Position numbers and translations under genes: made by a program. Below, one piece after another: positions 18,398 through 29,409 of a stretch of 64,000 nt of DNA. The notes below the pieces were generated by a model. That model saw only the letters and a list, made by a program, of their open reading frames with translations. It searched no databases and was not told the origin of the DNA. The stretch is from an uncultured Pelagibacteraceae bacterium (GTDB lineage Bacteria; Pseudomonadota; Alphaproteobacteria; Pelagibacterales; Pelagibacteraceae): positions 29,903-93,902 of the forward strand of contig CACJVT010000003.1 in NCBI GenBank assembly GCA_902596925.1. The letters are read 5' to 3'. Each line of letters opens with the position of its first letter. Within the stretch, counting starts at the first letter, position 1.

Positions 18398-20683
18398 ATG
18401 AAAAAAACAAAAATTGATCATTATACAGATAAAGAAGCTTTAGATTATCACCGTCATAATAAACCAGGAAAGATTGAAATCTCATCCTCAAAAAATATGA
18501 CTACAAAAAGAGATCTTGCTTTAGCTTATTCGCCAGGAGTTGCAGCGCCGGTAAAAGCTATAAGTGAAAATCCAGAAACCGCATTTGACTATACAAGTAA
18601 GGGAAATCTTGTGGCAGTAATCAGTAACGGCTCTGCAATTTTAGGTATGGGTAACTTAGGAGCTTTAGCCTCAAAACCTGTTATGGAAGGAAAAGCGGTA
18701 TTATTTAAAAGGTTTGCTGATATTGACTCAATTGATCTTGAAATTGATTCACAAGATCACACTGAAATAATTAATAGTATTAAAAATTTTGCTCCAAGTT
18801 TTGGAGGTATTAATTTAGAGGACATAGCTGCTCCAGATTGTTTTATTATCGAAGAAAAACTTAAAGAAATTTTAGATATTCCTGTCTTTCATGATGATCA
18901 ACATGGTACAGCAATCATAACCACAGCTGCATTAATCAACGCATTGGATATTACAAAAAAAAAAATTGATAAAGTTAAAATAGTTGTCAACGGCGCAGGT
19001 GCATCAGCGATGGCTTGTGCTAATTTATTTAAGAAAAGTGGTGTTCCACAAAAAAACATTACAATGGTTGACAGAACAGGGGTGATCTATAGTGGAAGAG
19101 AAAATTTAAACCAGTGGAAATCAGCTCATGCTATTGAAACTAAAGATCGAACTTTATCAGATGCGATCAGTAATGCTGACGTATTTTTAGGTTTATCAGC
19201 AAAAGGCGCTTTAACAAAAGATATGGTTAAAAAAATGTCTAAGAATCCCATTATATTTGCTTGCGCAAATCCTGATCCAGAAATTAAACCTGAGGAAGTT
19301 GCTGAGGTAAGAAGTGATGCAATTATGGCCACTGGAAGATCAGACTATCCGAACCAGGTAAATAACTTAATTGGTTTTCCATATATATTTAGAGGAGCAT
19401 TAGATGTTAGATCTAAAACTATAAATGAGGAAATGAAAATCGCAGCTGCTCACGCAATTGCAAACCTAGCTAAAGAGGAAGTTCCTGATGAAGTTGTTGC
19501 TGCAATGGGAGGTGAGAGACCACATTATGGGAAAGATTATATAATTCCTTCAACATTTGATCCAAGACTTATAAGTGTAATTCCTGCTGCAGTAGCTAAA
19601 GCAGCAATAGACTCTGGTGTTGCAAGAATAGATATAAAAGATTTTGACAATTATAAAGATCAGTTAAGACAAAGATTAGATCCAACGGTTACAATCATGC
19701 AGGGTATAAATAATTATATAAAGAAAAAACCCAAAAAAGTAATTTTTGCAGATGGTGAGGATGAAAACATGCTTAAAGCAGCAATAGCATTTAAAAACTC
19801 CAATTTAGGTATACCGATCTTAGTTGGAAAAGAAGATTTAATTAAGAATCAATTAAAGCAAATAGGTTACAGTGAAAATTTTGATATAGAAATTACCAAT
19901 TCAAAAGATGCCAAAAAAAGAGAAAAATATGTAAAATATCTTTTTGGCAAACTTCAAAGAAATAAAGGTATGCTAGAGCGAGATTGTGATCGTTTAATCA
20001 GAAATGATAGGGTTATTTGGGCATCTTGTATGGTAGCATGTAAGGATGCTGATGCAATGGTCACTGGAAATACCAGAAGATATTCTTCATCTTTAGAAAA
20101 AATAACTCAAGTTGTAGATCCCAGAGCTGGAGAAATAATGTTTGGCCTAAATTTAATAGTGAATAGAGGAAAAACAATTTTCATATGCGATACCTCTGTC
20201 ATTGAATATCCAGATTCAAATCAACTAGCAGAAATGGCTAAATCAGCAGCTAGAGTAGTCAGATTATTTGGATTTGATCCTAAAGTCGCTTTCTTATCTC
20301 ATTCCACTTTTGGAGAACCAGCTACTGACAGAACAAAAAGGCTAAGCGATGCAGTTGAAATTCTAAAAAAAGATAAAGTTGACTTTAAATTTGATGGAGA
20401 AATGCAGCCAGATGTTGCCTTAGAAGAATTATACAAAGAGCTTTACCCTTTTTCAGAAATTGTAGGAAATTCTAATGTGCTTATAATGCCTAGCCAGCAC
20501 AGTGCAGCTATTTCATACAAAATGATAAAATCTATGAGTAGAGCAAAGGTTATTGGACCATTGTTGATTGGGTTGGGTCTTCCGATAGAAATTGCTCCTT
20601 TAAGGACTTCTACTTCAGAAATTATTAATCTAGCATCAATTGCTGCATATTCTTCAGATGTAATTGATTATAAAAAAAATTAA
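18398..20683 (+). CDS. maeB: NADP-dependent malic enzyme with C-terminal phosphotransacetylase-like domain
   Basis: [46 protein letters not shown], followed by a PTA-like domain ([13 protein letters not shown]). Confidence 0.96.
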   Translation: MKKTKIDHYTDKEALDYHRHNKPGKIEISSSKNMTTKRDLALAYSPGVAAPVKAISENPETAFDYTSKGNLVAVISNGSAILGMGNLGALASKPVMEGKAVLFKRFADIDSIDLEIDSQDHTEIINSIKNFAPSFGGINLEDIAAPDCFIIEEKLKEILDIPVFHDDQHGTAIITTAALINALDITKKKIDKVKIVVNGAGASAMACANLFKKSGVPQKNITMVDRTGVIYSGRENLNQWKSAHAIETKDRTLSDAISNADVFLGLSAKGALTKDMVKKMSKNPIIFACANPDPEIKPEEVAEVRSDAIMATGRSDYPNQVNNLIGFPYIFRGALDVRSKTINEEMKIAAAHAIANLAKEEVPDEVVAAMGGERPHYGKDYIIPSTFDPRLISVIPAAVAKAAIDSGVARIDIKDFDNYKDQLRQRLDPTVTIMQGINNYIKKKPKKVIFADGEDENMLKAAIAFKNSNLGIPILVGKEDLIKNQLKQIGYSENFDIEITNSKDAKKREKYVKYLFGKLQRNKGMLERDCDRLIRNDRVIWASCMVACKDADAMVTGNTRRYSSSLEKITQVVDPRAGEIMFGLNLIVNRGKTIFICDTSVIEYPDSNQLAEMAKSAARVVRLFGFDPKVAFLSHSTFGEPATDRTKRLSDAVEILKKDKVDFKFDGEMQPDVALEELYKELYPFSEIVGNSNVLIMPSQHSAAISYKMIKSMSRAKVIGPLLIGLGLPIEIAPLRTSTSEIINLASIAAYSSDVIDYKKN

Positions 20684-21273
20684 TTTTTTTGAATTCTTAA
20701 ATCATCAACAATCAAAATACTTGCTATCACATCCTCGACATCTAATATTTCTTTAGCTTCTTTCACGACTAATTCTTTTTCATCTGCTGTTAAAGCTATA
20801 CCGTAAACATAAATTTTCTTTTTATAAGTATCTATTTGGTAATTGGTTGCTTTTATTTCTTTGTTAATAATTAAAGCTGTCCTTAGTTGTGAAGTAATTA
20901 AAACATCTTTCGCAGATTGTTTAAAATTAAATTTCTCTTTAATCTTAATATCGTTTCTTACAGATCTTGCTCCTTCTGTTTCCCAGGCTAATTTTGTTAA
21001 TTGAAGTTTTTCTTCTGGGTCATCGACTTTGCCCGTTAAAAATATTCTTCCATCCAAGACTTTTGATTTTACAGATAAAAAATATTTTTTATCTAATAAT
21101 AATATTCTCGCTGATAAATTTTTTTGCATTATAGAATCATCAATCTGTGTCCCTAAAGACCTAGGATCCAAAGCGACTGACACTCCTGTTCCAAAAATTC
21201 CCTTTGAGGAAACACCGACACATCCTGTCAAAAATAAAGTAATAAATAATAATATTAAAATTCTAAACTTCAT
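20680..21273 (-). CDS. Dual BON-domain lipoprotein (DolP/YraP-like)
   Basis: Lipobox LTG-C, D.RSLGTQIDD, two BON-like repeats (IFLTG; IYVYG). Confidence 0.88.
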   Translation of the reverse strand: MKFRILILLFITLFLTGCVGVSSKGIFGTGVSVALDPRSLGTQIDDSIMQKNLSARILLLDKKYFLSVKSKVLDGRIFLTGKVDDPEEKLQLTKLAWETEGARSVRNDIKIKEKFNFKQSAKDVLITSQLRTALIINKEIKATNYQIDTYKKKIYVYGIALTADEKELVVKEAKEILDVEDVIASILIVDDLRIQKN

Positions 21274-22126
21274 TCTTTATTTTAAGACAAAAATTATAAA
21301 TTTTTTTTTTGGGTACAGAATTATTTTGGGAAATTAAATTCACAATTTCTTTAATACTTAATTTTTTGATCATTTTCCTTATGTTATTCTTATCTGATTC
21401 ACTTAATAAAAGAGAACTTTTTTTTGTTCTTTTTTTTTCAGATATTACAATAGTTAATTCACCTTTTAGATTTTCACCATAAGTTTTTAAATCGACAACT
21501 TTATATCTTAAATATTCCTCATAAATTTTTGTCATTTCTCTACAAACTAAAATTTCTCTATCAGAAAAACTTTCTTTAAGAAATGAAATGGTTTTGTTCA
21601 TTTTTTTTGCTGAAATGAAAAAAACAATACTAGAGTCTAACTGGGAAAGTAATTTTAAATCATTTTTTATATCCTTCAATTTTGATGGAAAAAAACCATA
21701 AAAAAAATATTTTTCAGAAAAGCCACTAATTGATACAGCAGTACTAACTGCGGAAGGCCCTGGTAATGGAAAAATATTTATTTTTTCTTTAACACACTCT
21801 CTAACTAAGATAGCTCCGGGATCTGATATTCCAGGAGTGCCAGCATCTGAAATAAGAGATATAATTTTATCATTTCTTAAATGATTTATAACTAAAGATA
21901 AATTTTTCTTCTCATTAAATTTGTGATTAGATAATAATTTTGATTTAACCTCAAATTTTTCCATCAATTTTCTAGAAATTCGGGTATCCTCACATAAAAT
22001 AAAATCCGACTTTTTTAAAATTTCTATTGCACGGTAAGTAATATCTCCTAAATTTCCTATCGGAGTGGGTATTATATATAGACCTTTTTTAATTTCTTTA
22101 TTTTGAAATTTAGGGTTTACAGTCAT
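21263..22126 (-). CDS. rsmI: 16S rRNA C1402 2'-O-methyltransferase
   Basis: LYIIPTPIGNLGDIT, CEDTR, SDAGTPGISDPG, REMTKIYEE. Confidence 0.96.
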   Translation of the reverse strand: MTVNPKFQNKEIKKGLYIIPTPIGNLGDITYRAIEILKKSDFILCEDTRISRKLMEKFEVKSKLLSNHKFNEKKNLSLVINHLRNDKIISLISDAGTPGISDPGAILVRECVKEKINIFPLPGPSAVSTAVSISGFSEKYFFYGFFPSKLKDIKNDLKLLSQLDSSIVFFISAKKMNKTISFLKESFSDREILVCREMTKIYEEYLRYKVVDLKTYGENLKGELTIVISEKKRTKKSSLLLSESDKNNIRKMIKKLSIKEIVNLISQNNSVPKKKIYNFCLKIKNEV

Positions 22127-22160
22127 AATTATACAATACTAAAATTATATAAATCATTAA

Positions 22161-23315
22161 ATGAATAAATTTTTTAAAATTCTTTTTACAATACTTTTGG
22201 TTTTATTATTTGAAACATCACTTTCCTATTCTGAAGAAACAAAAATTAAAGTAGGGGTATTGGCTCCACTATCTGGAGAAGACGCATCTTTAGGAAAACA
22301 AATACTTAATTCCATTAGAATGGCCTTAATTGACATAAAAAATAATAATATAGAAATATATCCCAAAGACACCAGGTCAGATCCTGATGTGACCTTGCGT
22401 TCAGCTCTTGAATTTGAAAAAATGGGAATATCATTGGTTATCGGTCCAGTTTTTCATAAAAATTTATTATTTTTAGATAAAGTAAAAAGTATTACTTTTT
22501 TGTCTTTAACAAACAAAACTTTGGATCTTCATAAAAATATCATTAGCAGTGGCATTAACTCCTCTTCACAATTGAATACAATTAGAAAATTTTTGGAAAC
22601 GGGTGAGATAAAAAAAACAATTTTTTTAATACCTAATTTAAATTATGACTTAGAGATTAAAAAAGGAATTAAAGATTCAAAGATAAAATTTTTTAAACAA
22701 TACAACTATGATATTGACCCTACTAAATTAACTAAACAAATAGAAAAAATCACAAATTACGGAATAAGAAAACAAAATCTATTAGATGAAATATCACGAG
22801 TTGAAAATTCTGATGATCCTAATAAGGAAAAAATTATAGAAAATCTTGAAAAAAAATACACTCTTGGAAATGTAAAATTTGATTCTGTTATTATTACGGA
22901 TTTTGATGAAAGTTTAAAAAGTGTTATCACTTCATTACTTTATACTGATGTATCACCAAAAGATAAATATATAATTACTTTAAACCAATGGTTTGATGAA
23001 AGTTTGTTAAAAGAACAAAATTTACAACCAATTTATTATCCTTCAATAAACAAACAAAATTTGGATGAGTTTACTAATAAATTTTTTAAAAAATTTAATT
23101 ATAAACCAAATTATTTATCATTACTGAGTTATGACTTAGTTGGATTAATATATTATCTATCACTTAAAAATGAAGCTTTAGAAATAAATAAATCGTTTAA
23201 AACTCAAAATACATTTAAAGGAAAAATAGGAGTTTTTGAAATTAAAGATAATAAGATAAATCACCAGTTAAATTTTTATGAAATTAATAACGGTAAACTT
23301 AAAGAAATTTTTTAA
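22161..23315 (+). CDS. Periplasmic type-1 binding-fold protein (LpoA/LppC-like PBP activator)
   Basis: Signal peptide, KVGVLAPLSG, DT.SDP, VIGP motifs. Divergent from rsmI as in the usual alphaproteobacterial arrangement. Confidence 0.7.
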   Translation: MNKFFKILFTILLVLLFETSLSYSEETKIKVGVLAPLSGEDASLGKQILNSIRMALIDIKNNNIEIYPKDTRSDPDVTLRSALEFEKMGISLVIGPVFHKNLLFLDKVKSITFLSLTNKTLDLHKNIISSGINSSSQLNTIRKFLETGEIKKTIFLIPNLNYDLEIKKGIKDSKIKFFKQYNYDIDPTKLTKQIEKITNYGIRKQNLLDEISRVENSDDPNKEKIIENLEKKYTLGNVKFDSVIITDFDESLKSVITSLLYTDVSPKDKYIITLNQWFDESLLKEQNLQPIYYPSINKQNLDEFTNKFFKKFNYKPNYLSLLSYDLVGLIYYLSLKNEALEINKSFKTQNTFKGKIGVFEIKDNKINHQLNFYEINNGKLKEIF

Positions 23316-23901
23316 TTTTTTTAAACGCAATTGATCTATGGTCGATTTTACATTTACTAGAAAACCTCATTTCACCAAAAGTTTGTTTCTTTTTTTTTGG
23401 AATAAAAATTGGATCATATCCAAAACCATTTTTCCCCCTAATTTTGTTTGAAATAGATCCTTCAATTTTTCCTATAACACTTGCGATTATTTTATCTAAA
23501 TAACAAATTGACAGCGCACATACGAATCTTGCTTTAATCTTTTTAGCTCTCCAGTTCTTATCTTTTTTATCTAACTCTTTATATACTCTTTTAATTGCTT
23601 TATTAAAATCACCCTTGGATCCTGCCCATCTAGCTGAAAAGATTCCAGGCTTTTTATCCAAACAATCTATTTCAAGACCAGAGTCATCAGCAATACAAAT
23701 TAAATTAGATTTTTTTGAAAAGTACTTAGATTTGATTATTGAATTTTCCTTAAATGTAAGTCCATTTTCTGCTGGGCTTTTAAGATTAAAATCAGATGTA
23801 GAGAAAATCTTAATTGATTTTGGCAATAAACCCTTAATTTCTCTAAGTTTTCCCTTGTTGTTTGTGCCGATTAATATTTTTGATATTTTTTTTTTTAACA
23901 T
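23299..23901 (-). CDS. rdgB: Non-canonical purine NTP pyrophosphatase (HAM1 family)
   Basis: TNNKGKLREI, ADDSGL, PGIFSAR, GFGYDPIF, KIDHR. Confidence 0.95.
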   Translation of the reverse strand: MLKKKISKILIGTNNKGKLREIKGLLPKSIKIFSTSDFNLKSPAENGLTFKENSIIKSKYFSKKSNLICIADDSGLEIDCLDKKPGIFSARWAGSKGDFNKAIKRVYKELDKKDKNWRAKKIKARFVCALSICYLDKIIASVIGKIEGSISNKIRGKNGFGYDPIFIPKKKKQTFGEMRFSSKCKIDHRSIAFKKIKKFL

Positions 23902-23929
23902 CTAGAAATTCTTAAATTTCTTACCATAT
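23902..23929 (+). promoter_or_regulatory. RpoH (sigma32)-type promoter of grpE
   Basis: CTAGAA-N14-TACCATAT, ending 8 nt before the ATG. Compare the established sigma32 consensus CTTGAA-N13-14-CCCCATNT. Confidence 0.6.
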
Positions 23930-23937
23930 AAGCTTTT

Positions 23938-24576
23938 ATGGAAAAAGAGCAAAAAGAAAATATCAAAAACGAAAATTTAGCTAAGGAAGAAAATGATCAA
24001 TCCACTAAACCTCAGGATCAAACAGACGATCATAATAAAAAAAAGCAAGAAGACAAAAAAGAATTAACACCAGAAGAAAAGATTTTAGAGCTTGAGGATA
24101 AACTAGCTAGAGCATTTGCTGAAATGGAAAATCAACGAAGAAGGTTTGAGAAAGAGAAGGAAGATGCTTTTGAATACGGTGGTTTTTCATTTGCTAAAGA
24201 AGCGCTTAGCCTCATAGATAATTTTGAAAGATCAAAAAGTATTTTAGAGAGTGATGAAAAATTGAAGGACTCTGAAGCACTTAAAAAAACTTTAGAACAT
24301 TTTGATATAATTCATAAAGATTTAATATCCATATTTAACAAAAATGATATTAAACAGATTGATAGTTTAAATAAAAAATTAGATCCAAACTTTCATCAAG
24401 CAATGATGGAAATTGAGGATGATACAAAAGAGCCAGGAACTATAATTCAAGAAATTCAAAAAGGCTTCACTATTAAAGATCGATTACTGAGGCCCTCATT
24501 AGTTGGTGTAGCTAAAAAAACTCAAGAAAAAGTAGCCAAAACAGAGGAAACTAAAGAAAATACGGATGCTAAATAA
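23938..24576 (+). CDS. grpE: Nucleotide exchange factor GrpE
   Basis: RAFAEMENQRRR, LIDNFERS, DPNFHQAM, RLLRPSLVGV. Confidence 0.97.
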   Translation: MEKEQKENIKNENLAKEENDQSTKPQDQTDDHNKKKQEDKKELTPEEKILELEDKLARAFAEMENQRRRFEKEKEDAFEYGGFSFAKEALSLIDNFERSKSILESDEKLKDSEALKKTLEHFDIIHKDLISIFNKNDIKQIDSLNKKLDPNFHQAMMEIEDDTKEPGTIIQEIQKGFTIKDRLLRPSLVGVAKKTQEKVAKTEETKENTDAK

Positions 24577-24588
24577 TGATCGGAACAG

Positions 24589-24616
24589 CTTGTAGAATTA
24601 AAAATAACACTTATAT
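24589..24616 (+). promoter_or_regulatory. RpoH (sigma32)-type promoter of dnaK
   Basis: CTTGTA-N14-ACTTATAT, followed by a GAGGAG RBS. Confidence 0.6.
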
Positions 24617-24636
24617 GACGAGGAGAATTAATAATT

Positions 24637-26562
24637 ATGAGTAAAATTATTGGAATAGATTTAGGAACAACTAACTCCTGTGTGGCTATAATGGAGGGAA
24701 GCCAAGCAAAAGTTTTAGAAAATGCTGAAGGTGCTAGAACAACACCATCTGTTGTTGCCTTTACTGATGAAAAAGAAAAGTTAATAGGACAACCGGCTAA
24801 AAGACAGGCTGTAACTAATCCCGAAAATACAATTTTTGCAGTTAAACGACTAATTGGAAGAAACTTTGATGACCCAACTGTTAAAAAAGATATAGAAGCG
24901 GCTCCATTCAAAATTGTTAATTCAGAAAAAGGGGATGCTTGGATTGAATCAAAAGGAGAAAAATACTCTCCATCTCAAATTTCAGCTTTTATTCTACAAA
25001 AAATGAAAGAAACAGCAGAAAAATATTTAGGCCAAGCTGTTACAAAAGCTGTAATTACTGTTCCTGCATACTTTAATGATGCTCAAAGACAAGCAACAAA
25101 AGATGCTGGAAAAATTGCTGGTCTAGAAGTTTTAAGAATTATAAATGAACCTACTGCTGCATCATTAGCTTATGGATTAGATAAAAAACAAAATAAGAAA
25201 ATTGCAGTTTATGACTTAGGTGGTGGAACATTTGATGTTTCAATACTTGAACTTGGTGATGGGGTTTTTGAGGTGAAATCAACTAACGGTGATACATTTT
25301 TAGGTGGTGAAGATTTTGATAATTCTGTGGTTGAATATTTAATAGCGGAATTTAAAAAAGATAATGGAATAGATTTAAAATCAGATAAACTTGCTCTTCA
25401 GAGATTAAAGGAAGCAGCTGAGAAAGCTAAGATTGAATTATCTTCAGCTGAACAAACTGATATTAATTTGCCGTTTATCACTGCTGACAAGACTGGCCCA
25501 AAACATATTAATTTAAAACTTACAAGAGCAAAACTTGAGGCGCTTGTTGAAGATCTTATAGCGAAAACAATGCCACCATGTAAAACTGCATTAAAAGATG
25601 CTGGTATTACAGCCAATGAAATTGATGAAGTTGTGATGGTTGGTGGTATGACTAGAATGCCTAAGGTAATCGAAGAAGTTAAAAATTTCTTTGGGAAAGA
25701 ACCTAATAAAAGCGTTAATCCTGATGAGGTTGTAGCAATGGGTGCTGCAATTCAAGCAGGTGTTCTTCAAGGCGATGTTAAGGATGTGTTATTATTAGAT
25801 GTAACACCTCTCTCTTTAGGTATTGAAACTTTAGGCGGAGTTTCTACAAAATTAATTGAAAAAAACACAACAATACCTACTAAAAAAAGCCAAGTGTTCT
25901 CAACTGCAGAAGACAATCAACCCGCTGTTTCTATTAGAGTGTTGCAAGGTGAAAGAGAGATGGCAGCTGATAATAAAATTTTAGGTAACTTCGAACTTGT
26001 TGGGATTGCGCCTGCGCCTAGAGGAGTTCCTCAAATTGAAGTTACATTTGATATTGATGCGAATGGTATTGTTAATGTTTCAGCAAAAGATAAAGGTACT
26101 GGAAAGGAACAAAAAATTCAAATTCAAGCTTCAGGTGGTCTAAGCGATGAAGAAATTGAAAAAATGGTCAAAGATGCTGAAGCCAATAAAGATGCTGATA
26201 AAAAGAAAAGAGAGTCTGTAGATGTGAGAAATCAAGCAGATACTTTAATTCACTCTACAGATAAAAATCTTAAAGAACATGGTTCTAAAGTATCCGAAGC
26301 TGATAAAAAAGCTATCGAAGATGCTTCAAGTCAATTAAAAGAAGCTCTTAAAGGTGAAAACACAGATGATATCAAGAAAAAAACTGAGGCACTAGTTCAA
26401 GCTTCAATGAAACTTGGAGAAGCAATATATAAATCACAACAAAATACTAAACCAGATTCTAATAAAGATGATGGTAAAGATGATAAAGGAAAAAAAGAGG
26501 ATAATGTTGTTGATGCTGATTTTGAGGAAGTAAAAGACGAGAATAAAGAAAAGAGCGCATAA
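24637..26562 (+). CDS. dnaK: Chaperone DnaK (Hsp70)
   Basis: [35 protein letters not shown]-terminal DADFEEV. Confidence 0.99.
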   Translation: MSKIIGIDLGTTNSCVAIMEGSQAKVLENAEGARTTPSVVAFTDEKEKLIGQPAKRQAVTNPENTIFAVKRLIGRNFDDPTVKKDIEAAPFKIVNSEKGDAWIESKGEKYSPSQISAFILQKMKETAEKYLGQAVTKAVITVPAYFNDAQRQATKDAGKIAGLEVLRIINEPTAASLAYGLDKKQNKKIAVYDLGGGTFDVSILELGDGVFEVKSTNGDTFLGGEDFDNSVVEYLIAEFKKDNGIDLKSDKLALQRLKEAAEKAKIELSSAEQTDINLPFITADKTGPKHINLKLTRAKLEALVEDLIAKTMPPCKTALKDAGITANEIDEVVMVGGMTRMPKVIEEVKNFFGKEPNKSVNPDEVVAMGAAIQAGVLQGDVKDVLLLDVTPLSLGIETLGGVSTKLIEKNTTIPTKKSQVFSTAEDNQPAVSIRVLQGEREMAADNKILGNFELVGIAPAPRGVPQIEVTFDIDANGIVNVSAKDKGTGKEQKIQIQASGGLSDEEIEKMVKDAEANKDADKKKRESVDVRNQADTLIHSTDKNLKEHGSKVSEADKKAIEDASSQLKEALKGENTDDIKKKTEALVQASMKLGEAIYKSQQNTKPDSNKDDGKDDKGKKEDNVVDADFEEVKDENKEKSA

Positions 26563-26589
26563 CATACATATATCTGTCCGGGGTATTAA

Positions 26590-27726
26590 ATGGCAAAAAG
26601 AGATTATTATGACGTCCTCGGCGTTAACAAAAGCGCATCCCCTGAAGAGTTAAAATCTGCATATAGAAAGTTAGCTGTAAAATATCATCCAGATAAAAAT
26701 CCTGGTGACAAAGCAGCTGAGGAAAAATTTAAGGAAGCAAGTGAGGCCTACGGTATTTTATCTGATAAATCTAAAAAAGAAAATTACGACAATTTTGGTC
26801 ATGCTGCCTTTGAAAATGGTGGTGGTGGACAAGGTGGATTTGGAGGTTTTGGAGGTTTCAGTGGTGCGGATTTTTCCGACATATTTGAAGATTTTTTTGG
26901 AGACTTCGGCGGCGGAAGAAGAAGTTCTAGAGGAAGAAGTTCAAATAATAGAGGCTCAGATCTAAGATATGATTTATCAATTACTTTAGAAGAAGCTTAC
27001 TCAGGGAAGAAACAAAATATACAATTTTCGACATCAGAAAAATGTAACACGTGTAAAGGAAATGGATCTAAACCTGGGTCTAGCCCTGATAGATGTACTT
27101 ACTGTGGAGGAAACGGTAGAGTAAGATCTAATCAAGGATTTTTCACAGTTCAACAAACATGCCCTCAATGTGCAGGAAGTGGTGAAGAGATAACCAATCC
27201 TTGCTCTGACTGTAATGGACAAGGAAACACTCAAACCTCAAAAAAAGTATCTGTGACAATCCCAAAAGGAGTAGATGATGGAACAAGAATTAGACTTGCC
27301 GGAAAAGGTGAGGCAGGGACAAGAGGTGGTGCTAGTGGTGATTTGTATTTATTTATAAATGTAAAATCTCACGAGTTATTTAAAAGATCTGATGTGAACT
27401 TATTTTTTGAATTTCCAATTTCCATTGCTGATGCAGCACTTGGTACAACAATAGAAATACCAACAATTGATGGAAAAAAAGCAAAAATAAAAATACCTGA
27501 TGGAACTCAGGATGGTAAACAGTTTAGATTGAAAGGTAAAGGTATGCCTTTTATGCGTAGAGGGGATTTTGGCGATCTATATGTACAAATTAAAACAGAA
27601 GTTCCAGTGTATTTAAATAAAGAACAGAGAAGTCTTTTAGAAAAGTTTAGGGAAATTGAAAATGAAAAATCTAACCCCAGTATTAAAAAATTTTTTCAAA
27701 AAGCTAAAGATTTTTGGAAAAATTAA
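26590..27726 (+). CDS. dnaJ: Chaperone DnaJ
   Basis: J domain with HPD, G/F-rich region, four CxxCxGxG repeats. Confidence 0.99.
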   Translation: MAKRDYYDVLGVNKSASPEELKSAYRKLAVKYHPDKNPGDKAAEEKFKEASEAYGILSDKSKKENYDNFGHAAFENGGGGQGGFGGFGGFSGADFSDIFEDFFGDFGGGRRSSRGRSSNNRGSDLRYDLSITLEEAYSGKKQNIQFSTSEKCNTCKGNGSKPGSSPDRCTYCGGNGRVRSNQGFFTVQQTCPQCAGSGEEITNPCSDCNGQGNTQTSKKVSVTIPKGVDDGTRIRLAGKGEAGTRGGASGDLYLFINVKSHELFKRSDVNLFFEFPISIADAALGTTIEIPTIDGKKAKIKIPDGTQDGKQFRLKGKGMPFMRRGDFGDLYVQIKTEVPVYLNKEQRSLLEKFREIENEKSNPSIKKFFQKAKDFWKN

Positions 27727-27794
27727 GATTTAGCCTTTCAAATCAAAAAAAAAAATTAAGTTGAAATAATTAGTGCCTAGTTTAATAAATAAAT

Positions 27795-28637
27795 ATGATA
27801 ATTTGGATAGCATCATATCCTAAGAGTGGAAACACTTGGATTAGATCTTTTATAACTGCTTATTATTTTTGCGATAATGGAGTTTTTGATATAAGTAAAT
27901 TAAATTTAATAGCAGATTATCCAAATAAACAATTTTTTCGTGAAACAGTCAAACAGGGTGAAATTCATAAACATTGGGAGTCGTCACAAAAAGATATATG
28001 TGACCAGAAAATAGCAAAATTTCTTAAAACTCATAATTCTTTAATTACAGCTTTTGGCTATGATTTTACTAAACCAAAATATTCATTGGGTGTAATATAT
28101 ATTATAAGAGATCCAAGAAATGTAATTACCTCAGTAAAAAATCATAATGATTTGGAGTCATATGATAAAGCATTAGAATTCATGCAAGATGAAAATAAAG
28201 TTTTACAGGATTATCCACATTTAAAAAATTATGCTAAGACGAATATTGTAAATTCCTGGAGAATTAATTATCAATCTTGGTTGAGTAATAAATCTTTCAA
28301 AAAACTTATAATTAGATATGAAGATATGGTAAAAAATCCTCAACAGACTTTTGAAAAGTTAGTAATTTTTGTGAATACTTTACTAGGGTTGAAAGATAAG
28401 ATTGATCAAAAAAAACTAAATAATTCAATAGAAACTACAAATTTTAAAAGTCTTCAAGACATTGAAAATCAAGGTAAATTTGGTGAAAACGTTTATTCCT
28501 TGAAAGATAATAGAAAAATAAAATTCTTTTATCAAGGACCTAAAAATGACTGGAAAAAAAATTTAGATAAAAACATGATCAAAAAAATGAACGAATATTA
28601 TCAAAAGGACTTAAAATTTTTTAGGTATGAAATCTAG
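27795..28637 (+). CDS. PAPS-dependent sulfotransferase-domain protein (paralog 1)
   Basis: 5'-PSB loop [12 protein letters not shown], 3'-PB motif YIIRDPRNVITS, RYEDM, C-terminal FF..GP...W. Confidence 0.88.
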   Translation: MIIWIASYPKSGNTWIRSFITAYYFCDNGVFDISKLNLIADYPNKQFFRETVKQGEIHKHWESSQKDICDQKIAKFLKTHNSLITAFGYDFTKPKYSLGVIYIIRDPRNVITSVKNHNDLESYDKALEFMQDENKVLQDYPHLKNYAKTNIVNSWRINYQSWLSNKSFKKLIIRYEDMVKNPQQTFEKLVIFVNTLLGLKDKIDQKKLNNSIETTNFKSLQDIENQGKFGENVYSLKDNRKIKFFYQGPKNDWKKNLDKNMIKKMNEYYQKDLKFFRYEI

Positions 28638-29409
28638 GAAAATAAAATTAACAATTACAGGATGTCTGGGTAGAATGGGACAGCAATTAATAAAGTCTGC
28701 TAATAAGGATAATAGATTTAAGATTATCAGTCTTACAGAAAATAAAATACTTAAAAAAAAAATTTCAGGATTATTACCAAGTTTAAATGGTGAAGAAGCT
28801 TTTAAGAAAACAGATGTAATAATAGATTTTACAATTCCAAAATGCACACTCGAAGTTCTTAGATTTGCTGTCAAACAAAAGAAAAGATTAATAATTGGCA
28901 CTACAGGTTTTTCAAAAAAAGAAGAGAATATAATAAAAAATTTTTCTAAAAAAATCCCGATTTTAAAAGCTGGTAATATGAGTCTTGGAATAAATCTTTT
29001 GATGTATTTAACTGAAATTACATCAAAATCTTTGGGGAATAATTTTAAAAGTAAAATTTTTGAAGCGCATCATAAGTTTAAAAAAGATCATCCATCAGGT
29101 ACAGCAATGATGCTAGGCGAAGGTATCGCAACTGGGAAAAATAAAAATTTATATAAAATTATAGGTAAAAAATATTTAAATAAAAATAATTTTCCTTACG
29201 GACAAAAAATTAACTTTAATTCAGTCAGAAAAGGTAAAATTATTGGTGAACATGAAGTTTTATTTTCTAGTGGCAAAGAAATAATAAGACTTAATCATGA
29301 GGCATTTGATAGAGCTCTATATTCAGAGGGTGCCCTTACAGCAGCAAAATGGTTAATTAATAAGAAACCTGGATTATACTCAATGAGAGATTTGATGAAT
29401 TTTAAATAA
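28627..29409 (+). CDS. dapB: 4-hydroxy-tetrahydrodipicolinate reductase
   Basis: GCLGRMG, IDFT, IGTTG, NMSLGIN, EAHHKFKKDHPSGTA. Confidence 0.97.
   Translation: MKSRKIKLTITGCLGRMGQQLIKSANKDNRFKIISLTENKILKKKISGLLPSLNGEEAFKKTDVIIDFTIPKCTLEVLRFAVKQKKRLIIGTTGFSKKEENIIKNFSKKIPILKAGNMSLGINLLMYLTEITSKSLGNNFKSKIFEAHHKFKKDHPSGTAMMLGEGIATGKNKNLYKIIGKKYLNKNNFPYGQKINFNSVRKGKIIGEHEVLFSSGKEIIRLNHEAFDRALYSEGALTAAKWLINKKPGLYSMRDLMNFK

Noticed and set aside
24522-24911. 129-aa antisense ORF to dnaK (and 25398-25616)
   Set aside because: Long antisense frames opposite dnaK are a well-known codon-pattern artefact, often mis-annotated as NAD-glutamate dehydrogenase. No RBS or independent motifs.
26800-26960. 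GGT/GGA/TTT-rich short repeats in dnaJ
   Set aside because: This is the ordinary G/F-rich linker of DnaJ, not a CRISPR or VNTR.
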